Assembly: GCA_026025795.1 (NCBI GenBank)
Contig: JAPEUG010000136.1
Span: 1 to 38,458, forward strand
Reading direction: 5' to 3'
Origin: Thelocarpon superellum
Lineage: Eukaryota
Length of the DNA: 38,458 nucleotides
The translations under genes were made by a program, and so were the position numbers. This document shows positions 1 through 11,201 of the stretch, piece after piece; positions within the stretch are counted from its first letter, which is position 1; the number at the start of each line of letters is the position of its first letter. The notes beneath the pieces are model-generated. The model had not been told where the DNA came from, did no database searches, and saw only the letters and a list, made by a program, of their open reading frames with translations.

Positions 1-800
1 TGGCTTTGGCAGCACCCCCGGCAGCATTCCCGGTAGCAGCCCCGGTCGTCTCGCCAGTGGAGAATTTGGGGGCCGTGCTTGCTACCGCTGCGGCGGGAGC
101 AGCGGCGACGGCATTGACGGCACCAGTAGCGGGAGCGACGGAAGCACCAGTAGCAGGAGCAGCTGCGGCAGGAGCGGCGGGAGCAGCGGCGACGGCGTTG
201 GCAGCACCAGCAGCGGGAGCGGCGGCGGCACCAGCAACGGGAGCGGCGGCGGCACCAGCAACGGGAGCGGCGGCGGCACCAGCAACGGGAGCGGCGGCGG
301 CACCAGCAACGGGAGCGGCGGCGGCACCAGCAACGGGAGCGGCGGCGGTACCAGCAGCGGGAGCGGCGGCAGCGGGAGCAACAGCATTAACAGCACCGCC
401 AGTCGCAGGAGCAGCAGCTGCTGCAGGAGCAGCAGCTGCCGCAGCCGGCGCCGCAGCCGCACCGGCGCCGGCACCAGCACCCATGAAGGTCTGGATCATC
501 GTCTCGGGCTGCACCGGTCCACCGACACCCGTCTTCCCCAGGGGCGAGCCGGCATTGGTCTTCATGACCGAGATGTCACCCTCGCCCGCTTTAGTCGTCG
601 TCGATCGATCGGTTCCATCCACCACTAGAGCACAAGACGTCAGCGCGTGCGTCTCGCGTCGCTGCCATCGACCGCCGCCATCGCCTACCTCCATTGCCAG
701 GGATCGTGGCTCCATTCGTGCCGGTCATGGACGTAATGGTGCTGTGGGCGTAGGCCTCCTCGCAGGCCCAGGCCAGCACCACAAAGGTAGAGAGACGCAT
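1..800 (-). CDS. Secreted Egh16/GAS1-like (DUF3129-type) protein with Ala/Gly/Pro-rich repeat region; 3' end runs off the window
   Basis: ATG at 800. Signal-peptide-like MRLSTFVVLAWACEEAYA followed by HSTITSMTGTNGATIPGNG. Intron 625-688 (GTAGGC...GCTGAC...CTAG). Exon 2 reads VVDGTDRSTTTKAGEGDISVMKTNAGSPLGKTGVGGPVQPETMIQTFMGAGAG..., which resembles the 'H..I....G.NG...PG..V.DGT.R' and 'SPLG.T...GPV' pattern of Egh16/GAS1-like proteins. Gene structure is firm; family call is from recall. Confidence 0.7.
204..371. repeat. Coding tandem repeat, 7 x 24 bp (GCACCAGCAACGGGAGCGGCGGCG), encoding GAAAAPVA on the minus strand
   Basis: Five identical central units (228-347) plus two slightly diverged flanking units, read directly from the sequence. 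Confidence 0.95.
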
Positions 801-977
801 GTTGAGGGAGTCGATCAACCAGTGATCAGGGTATTAGATAGTAGGCGGTCGGTGGTCAGTCCAGACTGAGACACGATCCGGCACCGGGCCGACGGGGGAA
901 AAGAGAGTGAGGGAGCCGTGCCACGGAGCGACGGACGATAAGACTTGCTCTTTCCAAGCCGAATGGGAGACAGAGGA

Positions 978-983
978 TTTATA
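978..983 (-). promoter_or_regulatory. Putative TATA box of the Egh16-like gene
   Basis: TATAAA on the minus strand about 180 bp upstream of ATG 800, followed by a CT-rich tract on the minus strand (about 895-915), typical of fungal core promoters. Confidence 0.4.
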
Positions 984-3099
984 TCGGTCTATGCGGTAGG
1001 TTATCCCTTCGCTCACCCCGAGACACGGCCGCACCATGCTCCTCATCCGTTCCTCTTCCCCAGTCCCTGACAGACCGCCCCCGCATCTCACGATCCATCT
1101 CCCGACCGCTCTCCTGACGCATCGCCCGCCCATCGCTCGCCCGGTCGTGATACTGGTTGTGAGACAGGGCAGAAGGCGCAGAGGCTGGAGCCAGGGCGAC
1201 GCTTTGACGCGGCCAGGGTCGTGACGTCGGCCCACTAGCGTCCGAGGGGCAGGAGAGCGCGGCGAGAAAGGCGGGGACGACGCATGATGGGATCGGAGAA
1301 GATGCACTGAGACATGGAGTGACGGTGGTGAGCCCGCGGCGACTGGTGAGCGTTGCAGTCGCGAGGTGGCATGATCATATTCATGCACCTGACATCTTTG
1401 CTGCACTACGACCAGGGTGAGACGGTCGATCACCCGCTACGCGACCAAGCCACCACAACCATCTCCCGAAGCCACGCTGCAAGCGACGGCCCGTCCGCGG
1501 CGATCAGGCCGTCTAGAAGAGGGCCAAGTGTCTGACCAGGGCAACTCTAATGCGGGATTGCCTCGCTCCACCTGGCATAATCCTCCCGGGCACCCCGTTG
1601 GCCGTGCGGTGCGAGGATATCGAATGTGGCGCCACGGCAAAGCGAATAGCAGACGTTATAGTAGCCTAACTAGAACCCTACTTTAATCGTCCTTGCCCTA
1701 CTCACACGTGCCCGCCTACGTCGGAACCTCTGGATAGGTCCGCACCATAGAGCCTATCAAGATGAGCTGATACCTATCCCACCTCATCAACAGGAAGAAG
1801 TGATGCTCACGGGAGGCGTCGGACGTAGATTGTGAGGTCCTGTCCTACCAGTGTTGTTGTAAGGCTCGATATCACTCGCCAGACGCAGAGAGCTGGGTAG
1901 AGCCACGGACCAGGTGTCACCCGCCCACTGCACCGTGCGGCGAGTCGAGAAGCGAGAGTCTGAAGCGAGCGGTCACATCTGCTGAGACTCGACGCCGCGC
2001 TCCACGACACTACGACAAGTGCGACGGTCTGCGACAGCCGCAGTCTAGAAGTTAACGAAGCTTCGACGTCTCGATACGCGTCAGCAGCAGTTGCTACCCG
2101 CGGACTCGGGGATGAACCGGGAACTGCGTCGTCAAATTCATGTACGCCTCTTTGACCTCGCCGGCCGAGGCTAGATCCGGTGAAAGCGGTCCGCGCCCGT
2201 CCACGCCGCCACAGTCGATCCGGTGGGTCTTTGCTGGAGATCGACGGATCGACGGCGTGGGTTCGTCGTGCAATGGCGGACAGAGGGTACAATTGCATAA
2301 TCACGGCGCCCACATCGATCCATGACCTGTACTTTGTAATGGGTAGACTCGTCGCCGAGACTCATCGTCGACACAGCCCTGCAAGGCCGGAGTCGGAGCC
2401 TCAGACGCGATATAGACATGGCACGAAGGTGGTCGGAACAGGAGGGGGAGAAGCCTGGAAGGTTCTTTTGGAAACTCGACCCACAACTTGGGCCTCCTTG
2501 CCGCACCTGGTGCTTTCGACCAAGAGTCTCGAGAGACTTCATCACCTGAGCGGCACCACCTGGATTTAGCTCGTCTGCCGGCCCACAATCTCGCCCCAGC
2601 AATTCACGACCTTGGCTTGAGGCGAAAGAAGTCGATCAGCTTCACAGGTCATGAATCTGGCGTAAGGTTGGCCGATGGATGGGCATGGCAATAGGACGCC
2701 CGCCAATGTCTCCGAACCTGTTCATCATGCCCGCGTCTCACCCACCCGCCCTTGATCGAGAACGTGCACGGAGCCACATACTTGGCCGTCGTCCCAGGTG
2801 CGACACGGAGGCTACGCCGCTGGATTGGGCCCGTCAACAATCCCCGTCTGTCACGCTACACTCGACCCTCTATGGATTACGCATCCCAGCCGGAAATGTA
2901 TGCAGCATGCACAAAGCTGCATACCGCTTGTAAATGCCACGCTCGGCCACGCTGGCACGCTGGCATGGTGGCGCTTCGGCCCCCTGGCGCCGCAGCGGCT
3001 GCGCTCATAGCGTGGCTTGAATAGAAGTCATGGGCTTTGGGTGTTTGATCAAGAGTGGCCCTCCTCCCTTCGAGCCGTGCCGCACGAAAGGAGACGACG

Positions 3100-4454
3100 T
3101 CAATACTCGACGGCGCGCTTGATGGCGTCATACACTCCTGAACAGGCTGTGAGCATGATGCTGTCTCGGCCGGCGGTGAACGGGGGCTGGGGAACTCACG
3201 GGCGACATCAGGGATGTTGAAGCGCTCGTAGACCAAGCCCATGTGCGTACTCCAGCCCGCGACCCGCTGGACGGGGGCCTCCAATCGCAGAAAGGCCTGA
3301 TCTTGGATGGTGGCGGCGACTTCCGCCCCTACCCCGGCATTGACCATGCTCTCGTGCACGATGACGGCGCGCCCCGTCTTCCGCACGCTCTCCAGCACGG
3401 TGGGTCGGTCCCACGGGTAGAGGGTGCGGAGGTCAATCAACTCCACCGAGACGCCGAGGTCGCGCTCGACCGCTGCGGCCGCGGCAGAGCAGGTGTACAT
3501 GGGGTGGCCGTATGACAGCAGCGTAACGTCCTGCCCTTGTTGCACAACCTCCGCCTTCGAGAGGGGCAACGTGTAAAAGGCCGTGGGCACATGTTCGACC
3601 GCCGCGCGATAGAGCGCCTTGGGCTCGAGGAAGAGGACGGGGTCGTTGCTCTGGATGGCGGCTAACAAGAGCCCTTTGGCCTGCACGGGAGAGCGCGGCA
3701 TGACGACCACCAAGCCGGGGATGTGGGTGAAGAGCGATTCCGGCGACTGCGAGTGGTATCTAACCCCGCCGAGCGTCAGCCATCGTCCGCGACGTGTCTC
3801 GTGCATGCACGTGGGCATGAACAGAGCATACAGCGCGCCATGTCCGACCCCTCCACACGGCATTCGCACCACCAGACCTCCAATGTCATGGCCCGTCGTG
3901 CCGGCGCGATACCGAAACTTGGCGGCCTCGTTGACCAGCTGGTCAAAGGCCGGGTAGACGTAGTCGGCAAATTGAATCTCGGCCACGGGGCGCATGCCTT
4001 CGGCGGCACATCCGATGGCAAAGCCCGCGATGCCCTGTTCCGACAGGGGCGTGTTGAAGACTCGCTCCGATCCGAATTCCGTCGCCAGATTCATCGAGCA
4101 CCGAAACACCCCGCCAAAGGCGACATCTTCCCCGAAGAGCAAGACGCGCTCGTCGGCTGCCAGCGCCGTGGCCAGGGCATCGTTGATGGCCTGGAAGAGG
4201 TTGAGACGCTTCGTAGAAGAGGATCGAGCGGGCTCGCATAGCTCGGGATTGGCCAGGCAGGTCTGCGGGGCATGGCTCAGGATCGGAGTCGAAGCAAAAT
4301 CCGTGGGCACGTTTAGCCGGGCATTCGACGGCTGCCCCGAATAGGCCCGGCACGGACGAGTCTTTGTCGCCGCCGACAGCAGAGCCCCCGTCCGGGCCCA
4401 TGAGTATGTCGGTGATCGCGCGATCGAACGTACCACGAACGGAGACACGGTCAT
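3100..4454 (-). CDS. BCKDHB: 2-oxoisovalerate (branched-chain alpha-keto acid) dehydrogenase E1 beta subunit, mitochondrial (about 406 aa)
   Basis: Exons 4454-3832, 3759-3200, 3137-3100. Introns 3760-3831 (GTATGC..TAG) and 3138-3199 (GTGAGT..CAG). Motifs LFGEDVAFGGVFRC, RVFNTPLSEQGI, AEIQFADY, GHGALYHSQSPE, LEAPVQRVAGW; ends RVYDAIKRAVEY*. Arg/Ser-rich N-terminal presequence. Confidence 0.95.
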
Positions 4455-5862
4455 TCTACCTACATTTCATCCGCGCGTGGAGCGGGTGAAACCTGGCCGG
4501 ACCGAGAGGAAGAGCTTGCTGGGCCCTATCCAAATTTTACTGCGGGGTAGGAAACACAGCGCGGCGCATGCGAGCGACATCACGAGTTAAGTCCGTGCTG
4601 GTGTCCCATATATCAAACGGCAGGATACATCTCAAGTCGAGCTGAATCAGGTCTTTACAGAGTAGACTACATTAACACTCTCAAGTATGAACTAGTAGTT
4701 CTAGGCGTTGAATGTAATCGATGATGTTTATCCAGCTTTCGATCATTACTTGAGCAAGTGAAAGGCGAGCGAGAGCGGGTGGACCATCGCAGACGATTAG
4801 TGCCTGCGTAGATTCATCCTCTTGAAGCGGACGTCGGAAAACTGCTTGCCCATTTTACCAGAGATTGGCGGTTGTGTAGATGATTCTTTGGAACCTGTCC
4901 TTAAGATTGTCCTTCTGGGGGGGGCTTCCGCATCGCCGTCGGATCTGCGCTTGTGGTACCCGGCCTATGTTAGTGGTACGAAGTATTTTTTGCGGTGTGT
5001 CGCGTGGAGCGCCCCTGGCGCCGGTGCTTCAGGCACTTTACGCACGCTATGTTACTTTGTCCTTCATGCATGGTGGGACGGTGCCTCTAACCCCACGCCC
5101 AGTGGCGATCGCTTGCATTACTCGTCCTCATGCGTACTTGTACGAGGCGTACATCACCAGTCGGAGCAAGACCGAGTCACTGCTGCCCAGGCTGCAAGCG
5201 GCTTGACTGGGCCGATGCTGATCCGGGTAAACGGTGCGTTGGCCTCTAAGACAGTCATTGACGAAGAAATTTCGCAGGTCCCAGTACCCTGTAGAGCCTC
5301 AATAATATTGGCATGTATTGGAACAGGCGCCAGTCTCCGGAGCCCAAGTATATGTTAATGTTAGGGCCAAGACACGCATCCGCCGCTTCGTAGGACCTAG
5401 CGTGTTGCCTCCCACAGCCGGCGCAATGGGTGTAGACGGCGCCCGCTCGTGCATTGTCGTAAATTACTTCACACCTTCGGGTGTGCACGGGCAGGATCAT
5501 CTGTGCGTTCACTTGCGAAGGACCTCTCGCGACCTCATTCGCCCAGTCGGTCTACGGTTCGCCTGCCCCCCACCGCTGCCCCACGAGGCATTTCTGCTCT
5601 TCAACATGCCTTTACTTATCGTCCTGCGATCCGCACCATCCCTGCGAGGACGATTCTCGAGCTCGCAGCAGTGAATGAGCGCTATCCGGGCGGCGCAATG
5701 GTTAGGAGAATCCCCACATGGCGCGGACCGATGGACCTAGCTCGCGTTTTCCGCCTCAGAATGCGAAACGGGCATATAACGACACGGCACCGCGTCGCAC
5801 TTGATTGATCAGATCGCGTTCCATCTACCCTTCGATCCTCACTGGCCGTCTTTTCCGAGCTC

Positions 5863-7208
5863 ATGTTCATCTCGGGCGCGTGGGTGGTTCTGGTCGTCTC
5901 CTGGACCTTGGCCCTAGCCTCTCTGCTTCAGTTCGTGAAGCCCATCTCAGCGCGATATGATGGGACGCAGCAAGTTCAGAAGCTCGCCGCGGAGGACGGA
6001 AGGGTCTCCACTCCTCTTGACGAGGATGGCGTGATGGACGCAAGTATGGAGTGGTGTAGGTTCTCTTCTCTGCCCGGGAGCGTCACATTTGACAAGTAGA
6101 ATAGCTGCGGTCGACGATCAGACACTTCACCAGTTATCCCGGCGAGAAGAAACGACCAACTCCTCTGCCCTATCCACGGCCTCCACGGCTTCCTCTAACG
6201 ATTCCGACGTACATCCGCCGCTCACTCACAGGGTGGCGGAAGGGTCGGGTTCGACGGGTGAATTTTGCACCCAACCGTTCTTCCTCCGTAGCTCCCAGAT
6301 GTACGTCCTGGAGTTTGAGGAGGGGACCCGTCCCCGTCATGATGGTATGTAGGGCTGAATGGGCCCAGCCGTGCCCCCGCACGAGAGCGAGACTGATGTG
6401 TCGCAGCGATGCTTCTCCTCGTCCGACGAGGGCGGACGGTACATTTCATGTCCCCAACCGAGACCAGTCAGCATTTTCAGGTTAGACGGTCGGGTCATTA
6501 CGAACTCTCAGGTCGAGGGTTTTCGGTAATCATTTGGGCCATTTGGAATCTCTGTGAGCGCCCCAGGCCGCGCAAAAGGGTCGCGCAGCATTGCAGCGCG
6601 GCCATCGGTCGTCGACGATGACCTGGATCGGGCGATTGATAGGCAATAGGGCCATTCCCGCAGCATCACCGCAACATTGCTGTAGGCGGTAGTGGGATTC
6701 TTCCCCGAGACGTGGATTCGTCCATGTCCAGCCTAACGTCACGAGACATGACGCTGTCGCGGCGACAGGAGTCGGGCTCATCCGTGCGGCACTTGATCGT
6801 GCAAGGCATGGCGCGGCACCATGGTACCTTCTCTCAGATCTTCTGGCTTCAGGCCAACTCGCCCTACGCCATCCAGTTCTCGGCTGCAGGTGGTACGGTT
6901 GCCTCTTCCTTCTGAAGCTTGCCCCTCATACCGGTACACCATGATACATGGTCTGACGCGACGATAGTGAGATGGGCGGTTGAAATGATGCGTGTGGGCT
7001 CCCGCCATTTCAGCTGGCAGCAGTGGTCGGGGCCACGAGGATCTCACGAATGGTACTTCACCACGGATGTGGATGGCCTCTATGAACTTGTGGTAAGTTG
7101 ATCGGCGACCAAGTCATTGCTACACAAGTCTCCCGGCTCATGTGGTGCGTTCAGTTTGAACATGTTTTGCGCCCTACAAGATGGAAGATCTTGTCGATCG
7201 AAGGCTAG
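5863..7208 (+). CDS. Orphan secreted protein (about 329 aa, 6 exons) with two diverged ~95-aa beta-rich internal repeats
   Basis: Model: 5863-6043, 6105-6344, 6407-6553, 6650-6892, 6968-7092, 7155-7208 (990 nt, in frame). Well-supported introns: 6345-6406 (GTATGT..ACTGAT..CAG), 6893-6967 (GTACGG..CTGAC..TAG), 7093-7154 (GTAAGT..CAG). Boundaries of introns 1 and 3 are less certain (alternative donor 6056, alternative acceptor 6685). Hydrophobic N-terminal signal peptide; the two halves align with each other. Confidence 0.65.
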
Positions 7209-8125
7209 CCCTCACCTTTGCCACTGCTAAAACGGGGCCTGATGAGGTGAAAACAGACGATGTTTTCTCTGGACTTTAGGCGAGTACTCGTGCGCCTCGC
7301 CCCGTGTACGCATGTCCGTAGGTAATCACACCCACTAAGAAACATGGGAGGCGAAGGGAATTGCAATGTGCGTCGAGTAGGCAGGAAGCATTCGTAATAA
7401 CTATCCCCCCCACTACGTGTACAGCACGTATAGCCATGCCCCTGCCTCCCAGCGCGTACAAAATCTGCGTCGTGATGCCCCAGGCTCCTGGTACAGATAG
7501 AGCAGCCAGAAAACTAGTTACTTCCCGGCTTCCCGTATGTACTGAACGCACATCTTGAGACCCCAAGCTTCTTGTACCTCCTTGAGGTGCATCGGGAGAC
7601 TCTTGACCTCCACACCTGCTGACATGCATCATGATGACCCCGGCGTCCTGGATGCACCAAGCTCACATCACAATACCCCCGCCATCCTGTAGCTGCCGAT
7701 TATGTATCTTACTGTCCCCGCCTTCCGGTACCTTCTCGATGCATATCAAAACGCTCCCGCCTTTCTGTTCCTACAGAGAGTGCTTCATGACACGCGCCGC
7801 CTCACATATGCCTTTAGTTCCAGGTCGGGTAGTCACGAGTCCTGATAGAGGAGGGGCCGCTCCCTTTATCGGCAGCGGAGGCGATATCATGACGCCAGAA
7901 TAGAGTTCGGTGGGCAGCGAAAGGCATTGGCTAGCTCCCCACGATAGTGAGCGGAAGGTGCAGGGAGCTCGTCCCAGTGTAGTAGGAGCACGCCGTACGA
8001 GTGCCGTACCATAGGTACCGATCCATTGGAAAGCTCTCTCCATCCACAACAATCAATCATCCTCGCGCGATTGAGAGTTGATAATCCTCAATCGAAGTGC
8101 CCCGCTCTCAGCGGCGGCGACAGAA

Positions 8126-10732
8126 ATGTCTCTGCCAGGCTACAGCAGCTCCCGCACCATCATCCTGACCGTCGCCAAGCTGCTCATGCTGACGGTCAGC
8201 CATGTCCCCCTCCTCCACGCCGCCCCGCTCGAGGCCTGGTTCCGCGTCGCCGCAGAGAACGAGGGAGGAGAGCCAACGAGCGAACCAACGCTGTGGATCT
8301 ACCTTACCACCGCCGTCGTCCTCGTGCTCCTGGGTGGAGCGTTTGCCGGCTTGACCATCGCGTTCGTCTCATTCTTCCAGCTCGTCGTGACGACACTAAC
8401 GCGAGATGTAGCTTGATGGGCCAGGACGACGTCAACCTCCAAGTTATCCAAGCCTCAGGCGAGGAGCGGGAGAAGCGCCATGCCGGCCGCGTCCTTGGCC
8501 TGCTGAAGAAGGGCAAGCACTGGGTGCTGGTGACGCTACTCTTGGGCAATGTCATCACGAACGAAACCCTCCCCATCGTCCTGGATCGTTCGCTGGGAGG
8601 CGGATGGCCCGCCGTGCTGGGCAGTACGGCGCTCATCGTCATCTTTGGCGAGATCATCCCGCAGTCCATCTGCGTCCGCTACGGACTTCCCATCGGCGCC
8701 TGGATGTCGCCACTGGTCCTGATGCTCATGTACATCCTCGGCCCCGTCGCCTGGCCCACGGCCAAGCTCCTCGACTGGCTCCTCGGCGAGGAACACGGCA
8801 ACGTCTACAAGAAGGCGGGTCTGAAGACGCTCGTCGATCTCCACAAGACGCTCGGCACCAGTCCGCACGAGCGCCTCAACCAGGACGAGGTCACCATCAT
8901 CAGCGCCGTCTTGGACCTGAAGGACAAATCGGTCGGCAGTATCATGACGCCCATCGAAGACGTCTTCACTATCCCGAGTGACACGGTCTTGGACGAGAAG
9001 ACCATGGACACCATCTTATCCGCCGGCTATTCGCGTATCCCCATCTTCTCGCCCGAGCTCGAGACGAACTTTGTGGGCATGCTACTGGTCAAGATCCTCA
9101 TCACTTACGATCCCGAGGATTGCAAGCGCGTCAGCGATTTCGCCTTGGCCACCCTCCCAGAGACGCGTCCCGAGACGAGCTGCCTCGATATTGTCAACTT
9201 CTTCCAGGAAGGGAAGTCGCACATGGTCTTGGTCTCGAACTTCCCAGGAGAGGATCATGGAGCCCTTGGGGTAGTCACGCTGGAGGATGTGATTGAGGAG
9301 CTCATTGGCGAGTACGTGACCGGAATGATCTTGCCCCGCTCGCTTGGACTGACGCTTGCATAGGGAGATCATCGACGAATCCGACGTTTTCGTGGACGTT
9401 CACAAGGCGATCCGACGCATTACGCCGGCCCCCAAGGCGCGTCTCCCAAAGAATCAGGCGGCGAACGCGGGAGAGCCGGTGGACGACGTGGAGTCGGAAG
9501 ACCTGATTGAAGTGGGAGCCGACGAGCTGCCGTCGGCCCTCCAATCCCGCCACGCGTCGCTGGATGGATCGGCGGATGCCCGTCCAAAGGCTAAACCCTC
9601 CATGTCAGACTATGGCGCGAGTCCAAGAAACTTGGGACTTCAAAGGCCGTCGACTCTGCTTGGATCGAGCAACCATGCCACGGCCGGGATGAAGGTCGGC
9701 GCCCCGGACATGTTCGACCAGCTCAAACATCTGGGACCGTCCAACTTGGCGAGCCGTCCGCGCACGACGCGGTATAACACGGTGAAGATCAAGCCGGGTG
9801 GGGGAGGCGGCGGAATCGAAGAGACCGGGAAGAATGTGGTCGGAAAGATTGTCGAGGAACCCTCCTCGCCCAACGCGGTGTCTCCCGCGCCTCAAGGCGG
9901 CATTGGCACTGGGCTCGTGACCTCGGCCGGCAAGGATGCCTCGGATGGGGTGTTTGCCCTCCAAGCGGGATACGGTAGCATTGCTAGCCCGCCAGCCTCG
10001 TCCCGCGAGAACGAATCTCCGTCGTCGCTGGATACGACGCCAACGGCGACGCAGCCACGTCGATCCAAAGCCGAACCTGGCACCCCGGTTACGGTGCGGA
10101 AGGTGTTGGATTTCGGCAAGCCTTCCACGCAGCAATCGTCGACGCGACACGTCTCTACGCCATATCCTACCACGCGGCATGTCTCCACGCCGTATCCCAC
10201 CGCACGTTCTACCTCCACGCACCATGCCGATTCGACGGGTTCGCCCTATCTACAGCCGAGTGCCAAGCAAGGATCGATGTCGGTCGCGCTCACAGGGACG
10301 ACGGCTCGGTCGGGCAGCATCACGGAGAACGTGGTCCATGCCGGCGGCGTGCGCAAGGTGATTCTCGAGACGACGAGTGGGAGCTCGGACGAAGCCGACG
10401 AGCACGATGGCGTTCCCGCGGGCGAACCCTCGTCGCGCAACGTCTCGACTTCCAACGTCAACACCCCGGCCCCTCGCAATCCTTCACCCACCGCGGCAGG
10501 CTCCGACGAGGCGGTTGGCTCGCCAGCGGCTACTCCTATTCCACGCCCGGGCACAAGCATCGGCGCGAATCGGCGACGCCGCCGCCGTCGCAAGCACAGG
10601 GGTGGTAGCCGCGACGATGGCGATGGCGATGGCGGCAAGCCGACGCAGAATGGAGACGACACGGACGAGACTGGAAACAGAGGCGCAGAAGATGGCGAGG
10701 AGACTCCATTGCTTGATCGTCGGGCGCATTAG
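8126..10732 (+). CDS. MAM3: CNNM/Mam3-family metal homeostasis membrane protein (DUF21 + CBS pair), about 834 aa
   Basis: Exons 8126-8361, 8412-9311, 9364-10732. Introns GTTCGT..CTAAC..TAG and GTACGT..CTGAC..TAG. Motifs [84 protein letters not shown]. Confidence 0.92.
10142..10201 (+). repeat. 30-bp coding tandem duplication ([10 protein letters not shown] x2)
   Basis: ACGCGACACGTCTCTACGCCATATCCTACC followed by ACGCGGCATGTCTCCACGCCGTATCCCACC. Confidence 0.9.
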
Positions 10733-11201
10733 GCCGTTTCCATGGGTGGGACGGATGGCTGCTTGGCGGTCACCTGCATTGCCACTGGCATCGTTACTTG
10801 TTTGCCACTTGCATCATTACCGGGCATTACTACTTGCATTTTTACTCGCGTGGGCGGCTCTCTCTTTGCTTTTGTATCGCCATGAGCGCGCCATTTGGAT
10901 GGACGAGCGCAGTCTGGATGGGGCCGACTTTCACTCATACCTTCGTTCATTCCCCTATCTCGTTTCTCTCCATAGGTATAAGTACCATTCGTACCTGTGA
11001 CTACTCCACTTGAATGGGGAGGCAGTCCTCGACGGGTACCTGAGCGAGGGCGTAGCGGGTGGGAGCCGTAGAGGAGGTTCGAATCGCACCGGTTCGTCTG
11101 GCGGTGAGCTATGCGCAAGGTACGATGTACCGCTCTCTACTAGTAAGGTAGGAATCATGTATGCACATATCGCTACTCCATCGCACACTCCCCGCGCTAT
11201 C

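Noticed and set aside
6..869. 287-aa plus-strand Ala/Pro-rich ORF and the 132-aa Leu/Pro ORF at 82-480
   Set aside because: Antisense or off-frame shadows of the repeat in the minus-strand gene, which has the signal peptide and a canonical intron.
834..3050. Several 60-199 aa ORFs upstream of the Egh16-like gene
   Set aside because: No recognisable motifs or consistent splice model; expected by chance in GC-rich intergenic DNA.
2877..3137. Apparent long C-terminal extension of BCKDH E1-beta in the ORF track
   Set aside because: Artefact of reading through intron 3138-3199; the spliced protein ends at 3100.
4822..5808. ORFs of 108-178 aa between BCKDHB and the orphan gene
   Set aside because: Mostly non-ATG starts, with no domain-like pattern or intron support.
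6913..6915. In-frame TGA between ORFs 6712-6915 and 6919-7101 (readthrough, selenocysteine or pseudogene?)
   Set aside because: The stop lies inside a canonical 75-nt intron (6893-6967).
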